Shown here one piece after another: positions 1-21,585 of a DNA stretch of 32,000 bases (positions are counted from its first letter, which is position 1; every line of letters begins with the position of its first letter). Under the pieces are notes generated by a model. That model did no database searches and was not told where the DNA came from. It saw nothing but the letters and a program-made list of their open reading frames with translations. The stretch comes from Mycolicibacterium smegmatis (GTDB lineage: Bacteria > Actinomycetota > Actinomycetes > Mycobacteriales > Mycobacteriaceae). The position numbers and the translations under genes are program-made. The stretch spans positions 450,001 through 482,000 of the forward strand of contig NZ_LN831039.1 in assembly GCF_001457595.1 (NCBI RefSeq). Reading direction: 5' to 3'.

Positions 1-10571
<10,571 letters not shown>

Positions 10572-10813
10572 GCCGTTGTCCTCCCTAGAATCGGCGGCGA
10601 CGATGTGACCTTGCGGGGACATGTCGCGCCGGAAGATCAACTTTCCCCCCGACGGACACTATGGCACGCGTGTCGAGCTTATGTGCGTCGTGTCGTCCGC
10701 CGTTCCGACCCTAGGGGCGGCCACCGACGGCCGGTCCGGAGTATGTTGTTCCCGCAGCGGCTCCAGCCGCGCCGGGGGGCCGGCTGAACGGGAATTATTG
10801 GGAAGGACCACGT

Positions 10814-12235
10814 TTGCGAATCGGCAAGATCACGGTTGGCCCACTCGATGAATGGTCGCTCAAGCCGGGCACGGTCACTTCCTGGCAACCGACGGCCGCC
10901 GCGCGCGAAGTGGCGCGACAGGCGCCGGTCAGTTCGGTTCCCGTGAGCTACATGCAAGAGCAACATCTGCGTAACTTCTGCGAACGCACCGCCGCGGGAT
11001 TGAATTTCTCCAGACAGATCATCGCGAGTTGTGAAGTACCGGGCCAATGCGACATTTCCGCGATGGATCACGCCGTCAACTCATACCTGCGAAGGCACGA
11101 CACGTTCCGCAGTTGGTTCGAGGACGCGGGCGACGGGAAATTCATCCGGCATTCCATCGAGAACCCGGACGACATCGAATTCGTTCCTGTCGAACACGGT
11201 GCGATGTCGATCGACGAGATCCACGCCCATGTGACCGACATACCGACTCCGTTGGAGTGGGCATGCTTCACGTTCGGGGTCATCCAGAGCGAGGACCATT
11301 TCACGTTCTTCGCGGCCATGGACCACGTCCACGGCGACGCGACCCTGATCGGCACGACAATGCTCGAAGCCAACGGCATGTATTCGGCGCTCAGCGGCGG
11401 CGGCGAGGCGCTGGTTCTTCCCGAAGCGGGCAGCTTCGACGATTTCTGTATTCGAGAACGTGAACGCACCGCGGATCTGACCGTCGACTCGCCCGAGGTC
11501 CGCGCCTGGATCGAATTCGCGGAAGACAACAATGGCGGCTTTCCCGAGTTCCCGCTTCCGCTGGGGAATCCGAAGAAATCGACCAGTAGCGACATGACGT
11601 CGGAAATCCTGCTGGACCCCGCGCAGACGGAACGTTTCGAATCGGCATGCAACGCGGCCGGGGCGCGTTTTGTCGGTGGTCTTTTCGCGTGCCTGGCGCA
11701 GGTGGAACACGAGTTGACCGGTGCACTCACGTATTACGGGCTCACTCCGCGTGACTCGAGAAATGCCACCGACAATTTCATGACGCAGGGCTGGTTCACG
11801 GGTCTCATCCCTATCACCGTTCCGATCGGTGCGGCGTCATTCACCGAAGCCGCCGGATCCGCCCAGAGATCTTTCGACGCCAATCTGAACATGGCGAAAG
11901 TCCCGTATTACCGGGTGCTGGAGTTGGCCCCGTCGCTGCGGTGGCCGCAACCCAATTTCCCTGTGTCGAATTTCTTCCACGGTGGCGCCGCGCCACTCAA
12001 CGCCGTTCTCGCCGCGGCCGACATGGGACTCGCGAACAACATCGGGATCTACCCCGACGGCCGCTACTCGTATCAGCTCACCATCTACATATTCCGGTAT
12101 GGCGAGGGCACCGCCATGGCAATCATGCATCCCGACAATTCAGTCGCCAGAAAGTCGGCCACCCGCTACATGGAGACGATGCGCTCGGTAGCCGGTCAGG
12201 TGGCCGACAGTGGTAACTGGGGGCGCGTCGCATAG
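10814..12235 (+). CDS. papA3: PapA-family (polyketide-associated protein) acyltransferase
   Basis: 473-aa ORF with a TTG start 6 nt after GGAAGGA (10801-10807). The condensation/PapA-type catalytic motif DHVHGD (HxxxD) lies at 11324-11338. The gene is divergent from pks and directly upstream of an mmpL gene. The symbol follows my memory of the M. smegmatis TPP locus. Confidence 0.85.
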   Translation: MRIGKITVGPLDEWSLKPGTVTSWQPTAAAREVARQAPVSSVPVSYMQEQHLRNFCERTAAGLNFSRQIIASCEVPGQCDISAMDHAVNSYLRRHDTFRSWFEDAGDGKFIRHSIENPDDIEFVPVEHGAMSIDEIHAHVTDIPTPLEWACFTFGVIQSEDHFTFFAAMDHVHGDATLIGTTMLEANGMYSALSGGGEALVLPEAGSFDDFCIRERERTADLTVDSPEVRAWIEFAEDNNGGFPEFPLPLGNPKKSTSSDMTSEILLDPAQTERFESACNAAGARFVGGLFACLAQVEHELTGALTYYGLTPRDSRNATDNFMTQGWFTGLIPITVPIGAASFTEAAGSAQRSFDANLNMAKVPYYRVLELAPSLRWPQPNFPVSNFFHGGAAPLNAVLAAADMGLANNIGIYPDGRYSYQLTIYIFRYGEGTAMAIMHPDNSVARKSATRYMETMRSVAGQVADSGNWGRVA

Positions 12236-12268
12236 CGTGCGACGGGATGAGGGCGATATGCGGGCGAC

Positions 12269-15200
12269 ATGCGTAAGCTAGCCGATCTTGTGGTGCGGTG
12301 GCCCCTGGTGGTGATCGGGGTCTGGCTCGCGATGGCCGTCGCCCTGCCGCTGTCGTTCCCGTCCCTCGGCGAGATGGCCGAGAAGCACCCGCTGCAGGTC
12401 CTTCCCGCCGAGGCCCCCTCGAGCGTCACGGCCGCGAAAATGGCCGAGGCGTTCCAGGAATCGGGCAACGACGACCTGATGCTGGTCGCGCTGATCAACG
12501 ACAAGGGCCTGACACCCGACGACGAGGCCGTCTACCGCAAGATCGTCGACGCACTGCGCGGTGATCTGATCAACGTGGTGTCGGTGCAGGACTTCATCGG
12601 CACGCCACAACTCCGGCCGTTTCTGACCAGCCAGGACAAGACCACCTGGGTGCTGCCTGTCAGCCTTGAGGGCGAACTCGGCACGCCGCGCGCCTTCGAA
12701 TCGTTCAACCGCGTCTCAGAGATCGTCGAGCACACCGTCGACCAGAACGCCGCGGACGGCGCGCTGCAGGTGCACATCACCGGTCCGGCGGCGACCGTCG
12801 CCGACCTGACCGTCGCGGGCCAGCAGGATCGTCTGCCCATCGAGATCGCGATCGCGGTGCTGGTGCTCGGCGTGTTGCTGCTGGTGTACCGCAACGTCGT
12901 CACCATGCTCTTGCCTCTGGTGACCATCGGATCGTCGCTGATCATCGCGCAGTCCGTGGTGGCCGGCTATTCAGAGCTCACGGGATCCGGCGTCTCCAAT
13001 CAGTCCATGGTGTTCCTCAGTGCCATCATGGCCGGCGCGGGGACGGACTACGCGGTGTTCCTGATCAGCCGCTATCACGACTTCCTGCGCTCGGGTCACG
13101 GTTACGACGCGGCGGTCCGTGCGGCCATGATCTCGATCGGCAAGGTGATCGCGGCGTCGGCCACCACGGTGGGGCTGACGTTCCTTCTGCTGAGTTTCGC
13201 CAAGATGGGCGTGTTCAGAACCGTGGGCGTCGCCGCGGCGATCGGCATCGCGGTCGCATTTCTCGCCGGCGTGACACTGCTTCCGGCGATTCTGGTGCTG
13301 GCCGGGCCGCGCGGCTGGGTCAAACCGCGCCGCGAACTGACCACGCGGTTCTGGCGCAGGTCCGGTATCCGCATCGTGCGTCGCCCGGTCCCACACCTCG
13401 TGGGCAGTGTGCTCGTGCTGGCCCTGCTGGGGGGCTTCACGCTCGTGGCGCACTACAACTACGACGACCGCAAGGTGGTCTCGCCGGACGCGTCGAGTTC
13501 AATCGGATATGCCGCGCTGGAGCAACATTTCCCCATCAGCCAGTCCATCCCCGAGTACATCTTCATCCAGTCGCCGCACGATCTGCGCAACCCGCGAGCA
13601 CTCGCCGACCTGGAACAACTGGCCTCACGCGTTGCGCAACTGCCGGACGTGGGCCTGGTCAGCGGCATCACCCGGCCGCTGGGCGAGGTGCCGCCGGAGT
13701 TCCGAGCGACGTTCCAGGCCGGCATCGTCGGTGACCGGCTCGCGGACGGTTCGACGCAGATCGACCAACGCACGTCCGACCTCAACCGGCTGACCTCCGG
13801 CGCGAAGACACTGGCCGACAGCCTCGCCGACGTGCGAAGCCAGATCAACCAGATCGCGCCCAGCATCCAGAGCCTGGTCGACACGTTCTCGTCGGTGCGC
13901 ACCGAGTACGGCGGCGACAAGCTGGTTCGCGACGTCGACACCGCGGCCAAGCTCGTCGCGAGCGTCAACGCGCTCGGCAATGCCATGGGCATCAACCTCG
14001 CCGCGGTCAAGGACATGTTCGCGTGGATCGGTCCGGTCCTTGCGGCCCTGCAGGGCAACCCGGTGTGTGACGCCAATCCGTCGTGCTCGGCGACGCGCGC
14101 GCAGTTCGAGCGTGTTCTCGACCCCAGCAACGAAGGCAATCTCAACCAGATCAACCAACTCGCCCAGGAGTTCCAGGGCGTCGAGGATCGCGAGACCCTC
14201 AACTCGGCGGTGAAGAAGCTCAACGCCGCCATGGCGAATGTCGCCAAGGCCGTCGACGCCATGGGACTCGACAAACCCGGCGGCACGCAGAAGGGCCTGA
14301 AGGATCTGCAGCAGGGTGCCAGCCGTCTGGCGGGTGGCAGCCGAGAGGTGGCCGGCGGGGTCGACGAACTGGTCAAGCAGGTGAAGGTGATCGCCGCGGG
14401 CCTCAACGAGGCGTCGACGTTCCTGCTGACGATGCGCAACAACGCGGCCGACCCGTCGCAGGCCGGGTTCAACATCCCGCCCGAGGTGTTCGGGCTCGAG
14501 GATTTCAAGAAGGCCTCCGCGGCCTACATCTCACCGGACGGGCATTCGGTGCGCTATCTGGTGCAGACCAAGCTCAACCCGTTCAGCGCCGAGGCGATGG
14601 ACCAGGTCAACCAGATCGGTGACATCGCGCGCGGCGCGCAGCCCAACACCACGCTGGCCGACGCCGAGATCTCGATGGGTGGGTTCCCCGTCGCCTTGCG
14701 GGACACGCGGGACTACTACCAGCAGGACATCCGGTTCATCATCATCGCGACGCTGATCGTCGTGTTGCTGACGCTGACGGTGCTGCTGCGCACGGTCATC
14801 GCCCCCCTGTATCTCGTGGGCTCCGTGGTGGTCTCGTACTTCGCCGCGATCGGCCTCGGTGTCCTGATGTTCCAGGTCGTGCTCGGCCAACAGCTGCACT
14901 GGAGTGTGCCGCCGCTGGCGTTCGTCGTCCTGGTGGCGGTGGGCGCCGACTACAACATGTTGTTCGTGTCGCGGCTACGCGACGAATCTCCGCACAGCGT
15001 GCGGTACGGCGTCATCCGCACCCTAGGTTCGACCGGTGGCGTGATCACCGCGGCGGGACTCATCTTTGCCGCGTCGATGGCCGGGCTGTTGTTCTCCAGC
15101 ATCGGGCTCGTGGTGCAGGGCGGTTTCGTGATCGGGGTGGGAATCCTGCTGGACACCTTCGTGGTTCGGACCATCACGGTGCCCGCGATCGCTTCGCTGG

Positions 15201-15277
15201 TGGGCCGGGCGAACTGGTGGCCGGGGCAGATCGGGACATCGCCGTCGAACTCGCGGGCGCCGGCAGAGGTGACCTGA
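12269..15277 (+). CDS. mmpL10: MmpL-family RND lipid transporter
   Basis: 1002-aa ORF with an N-terminal TM helix (WPLVVIGVWLAMAVALPL), two clusters of TM helices and a large soluble coiled region in between. This is typical MmpL architecture. Position is between the papA and fadD genes. Confidence 0.92.
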   Translation: MRKLADLVVRWPLVVIGVWLAMAVALPLSFPSLGEMAEKHPLQVLPAEAPSSVTAAKMAEAFQESGNDDLMLVALINDKGLTPDDEAVYRKIVDALRGDLINVVSVQDFIGTPQLRPFLTSQDKTTWVLPVSLEGELGTPRAFESFNRVSEIVEHTVDQNAADGALQVHITGPAATVADLTVAGQQDRLPIEIAIAVLVLGVLLLVYRNVVTMLLPLVTIGSSLIIAQSVVAGYSELTGSGVSNQSMVFLSAIMAGAGTDYAVFLISRYHDFLRSGHGYDAAVRAAMISIGKVIAASATTVGLTFLLLSFAKMGVFRTVGVAAAIGIAVAFLAGVTLLPAILVLAGPRGWVKPRRELTTRFWRRSGIRIVRRPVPHLVGSVLVLALLGGFTLVAHYNYDDRKVVSPDASSSIGYAALEQHFPISQSIPEYIFIQSPHDLRNPRALADLEQLASRVAQLPDVGLVSGITRPLGEVPPEFRATFQAGIVGDRLADGSTQIDQRTSDLNRLTSGAKTLADSLADVRSQINQIAPSIQSLVDTFSSVRTEYGGDKLVRDVDTAAKLVASVNALGNAMGINLAAVKDMFAWIGPVLAALQGNPVCDANPSCSATRAQFERVLDPSNEGNLNQINQLAQEFQGVEDRETLNSAVKKLNAAMANVAKAVDAMGLDKPGGTQKGLKDLQQGASRLAGGSREVAGGVDELVKQVKVIAAGLNEASTFLLTMRNNAADPSQAGFNIPPEVFGLEDFKKASAAYISPDGHSVRYLVQTKLNPFSAEAMDQVNQIGDIARGAQPNTTLADAEISMGGFPVALRDTRDYYQQDIRFIIIATLIVVLLTLTVLLRTVIAPLYLVGSVVVSYFAAIGLGVLMFQVVLGQQLHWSVPPLAFVVLVAVGADYNMLFVSRLRDESPHSVRYGVIRTLGSTGGVITAAGLIFAASMAGLLFSSIGLVVQGGFVIGVGILLDTFVVRTITVPAIASLVGRANWWPGQIGTSPSNSRAPAEVT

Positions 15278-15386
15278 CGCGCGTCCGAGCGGTGACGCGA
15301 AGGTACATATGTGAGACTACGAAGCACACGCGATCCCGGAGGACACGCTGAATCAGCCCGCGTCAACTCAGTCATCAATACTGTCG

Positions 15387-17096
15387 ATGCTGCACGGCCG
15401 TGCCAGCCTGCGTCCCGACGACATCGCGTTCACCTTCACCGACTACGACGGTGATCCGTCGGGCGTCGCGCAGAGCCTGACGTGGTCCGTGCTGGCGCGT
15501 CGAACGATCAACGTGGCCAGAGAGATCCGGCGCCACGGCGCCGTGGGGGACCGGGCTCTGATACTCGCGCCGCAGGGACTCGAATACATCCTCGCGTTCC
15601 TGGGATCGATGCAGGCCGGACTCATCGCGGTACCGTTGCCGTTGCCGCATCGGGGGTCGGGACACGACCGGGTGAGTGCGGTGTTCGCCGACACCGAGCC
15701 GACGGTCGTGCTCACGACGTCGGCAGCCGCCACCGACGTCGCCGAATTCGTCGCGTCGTCGCGCACCGATCCGGCGATCATCGAGATCGATTCGCTTGCT
15801 CTGGATTCCGACTACTCCGGCGCGGAAACCGATCTCGGTCCGGTCGGGCTGTCCGACATCGCCTACCTGCAGTACAGCTCCGGATCGACGCGGCTGCCGA
15901 CCGGGGTCATGATCTCGCACCGCAACCTCACCGCGAACTTCGACCAGTTGATGCGGAGTTTCTTCGCCAGGTCGCCGCTTCCGCAGGATGCGACGCTCGT
16001 GTCGTGGCTGCCCTTCTATCACGACATGGGCCTGGTGCTGGGGGTGTGCGCGCCGATCCTGTGCGGGCGCCACGCACAGCTCACGAGCCCGGTGGCGTTC
16101 CTGGAACGTCCGGCCCGGTGGGTGCGGGCGCTCGCCGAGAATCCACACGCCTGGTCGTCGGCACCCAACTTCGCGTTCGACCTCGCGGCACGCAGGACCA
16201 GCGACGAGGATCTGGCCGGGCTGGACCTCGGCGGGGTGGTGGGCATCATCAGCGGCGCCGAACGCGTCGAATCGGCCACGCTGCGCCGCTTCGTGGACCG
16301 CTTCGCGCACTTCAACTTTCGTGACCACATGATGCGTCCCGCGTACGGGCTGGCGGAGGCCACGGTGTTCGTGGCCTCGGGCATCTGGGACGAGGATGCG
16401 CCGGCCGGGTACTTCGACGCCGAAGCGCTGAGCGCGGGCCGGGTCAGTCCCAGCGCGCCGCGCAAGGGCACCGCACTGGTGAGATACCAGGTGCCGCAGT
16501 CACCTTCGCTGCGAATCGTCGACGTCGACACGCGCCGCGAGACCCCGCCGGGTGTGGTGGGAGAGATCTGGGTGCACGGCGACAACGTCGCCTCCGGGTA
16601 CTGGGGCAAACCGGCGGACGAGAGCACGTTCGGCGCAACACTTCTCGACCCGTCGCCGGGTACGCCCGATGGCCCGTGGCTGCGCACGGGTGACCTGGGG
16701 TTCGTCCATGCCGGCGAACTGTACGTCGTCGGACGCATCAAGGACGTCCTGATCATCCGGGGCCGCAACCACTATCCCGAGGATATCGAGGCCACGGTGC
16801 AGGCCATCACCCACGGCAGGGTGGCGGCCATCTCGGTTCCGGTGAACAGCACCGAGGAGTTGGTGACCGTCATCGAACTCAAGAAGCCGGCCGACCTCGA
16901 CGCCGAGGCCATCCGTCGGTTCGGCGAGGTCAAGAGCAACGTCACCGCCGCGGTGGCGAACGCGCACGGCCTGAGCGTGGCGGATCTGGTTCTCGTGCCG
17001 TCGGGTTCGCTCCCGACCACCACGAGCGGCAAGATCCGGCGTGCGGCCTGTGCAGAGCAGTACCGGCAGAAGCAGTTCGTCAGGTTGGACGGCTGA
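15387..17096 (+). CDS. fadD23: Fatty acyl-AMP ligase (FAAL-type FadD)
   Basis: 569-aa ORF. The AMP-binding motif [21 protein letters not shown] starts near 15864, and the C-terminal TTSGKIRR motif is present. The N-terminal [13 protein letters not shown] is typical of mycobacterial FAALs. No canonical start lies in frame upstream; a TGA stop sits at 15312. The exact FadD number comes from memory and is less certain. Confidence 0.88.
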
Positions 17097-17157
17097 GTTC
17101 CTCAGTGAGGCGGGGTATGGTTCGCAAGCAGTACAGCCGAGTGGGTGGGAGTGCGAC

Positions 17158-18309
17158 ATGAGGAGACGACTTCTCGCGTTCGGCACGGCGTTCACCACGA
17201 TCGGCACCGCGGGATTTCTCGGTTTCGGTGTCGCGGCTGCCGATGACACCAAACCGGTCGACCCGGCACCCGGCGGCGCCCACGCCGAGGCGCCATCGAT
17301 GGGCACACCCGGACGCGGGTACGCGCTCGGGGGCGCGCACGTGCTGGGCATCCCGTACGACGAATACATCATGCGCACCGGCGCGGACTGGTTCCCCGGT
17401 CTCGACCGGCAGATCGTCGACTACCCGGCCGGGCAGGTGCAAGGCCACACCCTGGAGCGGCTGTTCCCGGGTATCGGTGCGCTCGGCGAGCGCTTCATGC
17501 CGGGCCTGGGTCTCGACGGTCCGAGTTACGGCGAATCGATCGACGTCGGCGCGCCCAACCTCATCAACGCGATCCGCCAGGGCGGCCCGGGAACGGTGAT
17601 CGGCCTGTCCGAGGGCGCGTCGGTGCTCGACGAGGTGCAGGCGCGTCTCGCGTACGACCCGGCCGCGCCGCCGCCGGACAGCCTGAGCTTCGCGACGTAC
17701 GGCAACCCCGTCGGCAAGCACGCCTTCGGCGAGAGTTTCCTGACGCAGATGTTCCCGGTCGGCAGCGTCGTCCCGTCGCTCGACTACCGCATCCCGGCTC
17801 CGGTGGAAAGCCAGTACGACACCTACCAGTTCGTCTCGGCATACGACAGCATCGCGGACTGGCCGGACCGGCCGGACAACTGGATCTCCGTCGCCAACGC
17901 GATCGTGGGCCTCGCGACCGGGCACACCGCCGTCGCGTTCACCAACCCGAGCATGGTGCCCCCACAGAACATCCGGACCACCGTCAACTCGCGCGGCGCG
18001 AAGGACACGACGATCATGATCCCCGAGGAGCACCTGCCACTGGTGTTGCCGTTCAAGTACCTCGGGGTGGACAAGGACACGCTGAACAAGCTCGACGGCG
18101 TGCTCAAGCCGTACGTGGATGCCGGCTACTCGCGCAACGACGATCCGCTGACCGCGCCCATCACGGTCGACCCGGTCAACGGGTACGACCCGGCGGCGGT
18201 CACGGCGCCGGCCACGCAGGCGGCCTTCGGCGGAGGTACCGACCCGGTGTCGCAATTGCTCGCCGGACTGCAGTACGTCGTGAACAATCAACCGGCGCCC
18301 AAGCCCTGA
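17158..18309 (+). CDS. Exported PE-PPE-domain serine hydrolase/acyltransferase (Chp-like, final glycolipid transesterase)
   Basis: I chose the internal ATG at 17158, after GGGTGGGAG. It gives [30 protein letters not shown], which has a signal-peptide shape. The GxSxG nucleophile elbow IGLSEGA has its Ser codon at 17608-17610. The track ORF start at 17041 overlaps the fadD 3' end and adds a non-signal extension. Confidence 0.85.
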
Positions 18310-18313
18310 GGCG

Positions 18314-19003
18314 CTACAGCGCCGCGATACCGACGCCCAGCAGCATGCAGCCGACGACGGCCAGGAGCGTGGCGAACCCGCGCCGACCGCGCGCCTTGAG
18401 CCAGTCGTACACCGCGGCCAGCGTCGCGCGGGTGCGTTCCGGTGCCACCAGGTAGCACACCAGCGGGATCTCCACGAGTGCGAACGCCACCACGTTGAAC
18501 AGCATCAGCGCACCGAACTGCGTCGACGCCGCGGCGCCGGACGCGACGATCAGGGCCAGCGCGGCCAGGTAGTCGACCGACGGCAGCGCGATGCCCAGGC
18601 CCGCGACGCCCGCGGCCCACAGCGAGCTTCCCGTGAGAAGCGTGCGGGTGCGGTCCGCGGCGGGGCCCAGCATCCGGCGGACGCGGCCGGGCGGGCCCGG
18701 GTCCTTTCGCCGCCCGCCCAGCAGGCCCGTGGCCACCAGGACGGCGTTGGCCAGGATCAGGGCGCCGACGGCGATCTGCACCCGCGGCAACGTGAAATGT
18801 GCGGAACCGAGGGCGGGCCGCATCACGAACAGCACGACCATGCCCACCGCGGTGCCCATCAGGAATCCGCCCGCGAGGAAGGTCGACAGTTGCAGGGCAG
18901 GCTGGGGCCGGTTGATCATCACCACCGTCATGCCGATCCGGAACGGCTCCAGGCTGATCACAGCGGCCATCAGCAGGAGAGGGATCCACATGGTGGGCGT
19001 CAC
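18314..19003 (-). CDS. Gap/Sap-like integral membrane protein (glycolipid addressing protein family)
   Basis: 229-aa ORF with hydrophobic helices on both sides of a basic loop (GGRRKDPGPPGRVRRMLGP). Other frames here are Arg/Pro/Gly-rich shadows. Location next to the PE/MmpL genes matches the SL-1 and GPL loci. Confidence 0.8.
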   Translation of the reverse strand: MTPTMWIPLLLMAAVISLEPFRIGMTVVMINRPQPALQLSTFLAGGFLMGTAVGMVVLFVMRPALGSAHFTLPRVQIAVGALILANAVLVATGLLGGRRKDPGPPGRVRRMLGPAADRTRTLLTGSSLWAAGVAGLGIALPSVDYLAALALIVASGAAASTQFGALMLFNVVAFALVEIPLVCYLVAPERTRATLAAVYDWLKARGRRGFATLLAVVGCMLLGVGIAAL

Positions 19004-19026
19004 GTTACCGCGCGCGCTTTAGGTTC

Positions 19027-20551
<1,525 letters not shown>

Positions 20552-20555
20552 ATTC

Positions 20556-20588
20556 GTCATGCGGCGAGCCTCGGGCTCGCCGCATGAC
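20556..20588. terminator. Bidirectional stem-loop between convergent genes
   Basis: GTCATGCGGCGAGCC (20556-20570), TCG, GGCTCGCCGCATGAC (20574-20588) form perfect 15-nt complementary arms. They sit between stop codons at 20551 (+) and 20596 (-). There is no clear U-tract. Confidence 0.7.
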
Positions 20589-20595
20589 CGGAATG

Positions 20596-20757
20596 TCAGG
20601 GCCGTGCGGCGAGTTCCTCGCGGTACTTGGCGATGCGCTGTTCGATCTCGGCTGCATCCTCCGAGCGGCCTTCCTTGCGGGCGAGTGTCGCGCGCGCCGA
20701 CAGTTCGCGGATGGCCGTGCGGATGTCGTTGATGCTGTGGATCTGACGGGTACTCAT
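20596..20757 (-). CDS. Small (53 aa) highly charged helical protein of unknown function, last gene of the sdh1 cluster
   Basis: Internal ATG (rc of cat 20755-20757) preceded by GAAAGG. Sequence: MSTRQIHSINDIRTAIRELSARATLARKEGRSEDAAEIEQRIAKYREELAARP. The upstream part of track ORF 20596..20964 overlaps sdhB and looks non-coding. Confidence 0.55.
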   Translation of the reverse strand: MSTRQIHSINDIRTAIRELSARATLARKEGRSEDAAEIEQRIAKYREELAARP

Positions 20758-20834
20758 AGGCTGCCTTTCGTCGTTGATTGGCTGCTTTCCATCGAGCGTA
20801 CCCAGCAGATCGGGGACGGGCACCCGATCGAACG

Positions 20835-21584
20835 TCACCGCCGGAACAGCTTGTTGCCCAACCAGACAATCGGGTCGTACTTGCGGTCCGCGACGCGCTC
20901 TTTCATGGGGATCAACGCATTGTCGGTGATCTTGATGTGCTCGGGACACACCTCGGTGCAGCACTTCGTGATGTTGCAGTAGCCGAGCCCGAACTCGTCC
21001 TGTGCCATCTCCTTGCGGTCGACGGTGTCGAGCGGATGCATGTCCAGCTCGGCGATGCGCATGTGGAACCGCGGTCCGGCGAAGTTCTCCTTGTTCTCTT
21101 CGTGATCACGCACCACATGGCACACGTTCTGGCACAGGAAGCACTCGATGCACTTGCGGAACTCCTGTGACCGGTTCACGTCCTCCTGCTGCATTCGGTA
21201 CTCACCGGGCTGCAGATCCTTCGGCGGTGTGAACGACGGGATCTGCCGTGCCTTCTCGTAGTTGAACGACACGTCGGTCACGAGGTCACGCATCACCGGG
21301 AACGTGCGCAGTGGCGTGACCGTGACGACCTCGTCCTCGCCGAAGGTGGACATGCGCGTCATGCACATCAGCCGCGGCCTGCCGTTGATCTCCGCCGAGC
21401 ACGAACCGCACTTGCCTGCCTTGCAGTTCCACCGCACCGCGAGATCCGGTGTCTGGGTGGCCTGCAGGCGGTGGATGATGTCGAGGACCACCTCGCCGTC
21501 GTTGACCTCGACGGTGTAGTCGTGCAGTTCGCCGCCGGTGTCGTCGCCGCGCCACACCCGCAGTTTCGCGTCGTAAGTAGCCAT
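20835..21584 (-). CDS. sdhB: Succinate dehydrogenase/fumarate reductase iron-sulfur subunit (Sdh1 type)
   Basis: 249 aa. 2Fe-2S motif CKAGKCGSCSAEINGRPRLMC. Cluster motifs CIECFLCQNVC and CNITKCCTEVCP. The start is 1 nt after the sdhA stop. Confidence 0.93.
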   Translation of the reverse strand: MATYDAKLRVWRGDDTGGELHDYTVEVNDGEVVLDIIHRLQATQTPDLAVRWNCKAGKCGSCSAEINGRPRLMCMTRMSTFGEDEVVTVTPLRTFPVMRDLVTDVSFNYEKARQIPSFTPPKDLQPGEYRMQQEDVNRSQEFRKCIECFLCQNVCHVVRDHEENKENFAGPRFHMRIAELDMHPLDTVDRKEMAQDEFGLGYCNITKCCTEVCPEHIKITDNALIPMKERVADRKYDPIVWLGNKLFRR

Positions 21585-21585
21585 C

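Noticed and set aside
13459-14508. 349-aa minus-strand ORF antisense to mmpL10
   Set aside because: It lies inside a clear MmpL coding frame and has Ser/Ala/Arg-rich composition without motifs.
15278-15386. GACGCGCGTC palindrome and CGCGTC-N8-GACGCG hairpin after mmpL10, considered as a terminator or riboswitch
   Set aside because: The stem is short (6 bp) with no U-tract, and the flanking genes are co-directional in the same pathway. This is more likely incidental GC-rich self-complementarity.
17041-17157. N-terminal extensions suggested by the ORF track (17041, 20012, 25741, 27540, 28060, 20964)
   Set aside because: Each extension overlaps the neighbouring gene and has non-protein-like composition. 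Internal starts with an RBS give sensible N-termini (signal peptide, wHTH, TM1).
15375-17378. Minus-strand ORFs 15375..16328, 16019..16768 and 16500..17378, antisense to fadD
   Set aside because: The plus-strand frame carries AMP-binding motifs. These antisense frames show shadow-ORF composition.
17080-18291. 403-aa minus-strand ORF opposite the PE-PPE hydrolase gene
   Set aside because: The plus frame has a signal peptide and a GxSxG motif. The minus frame is Arg/Asp/Val-rich with no features.
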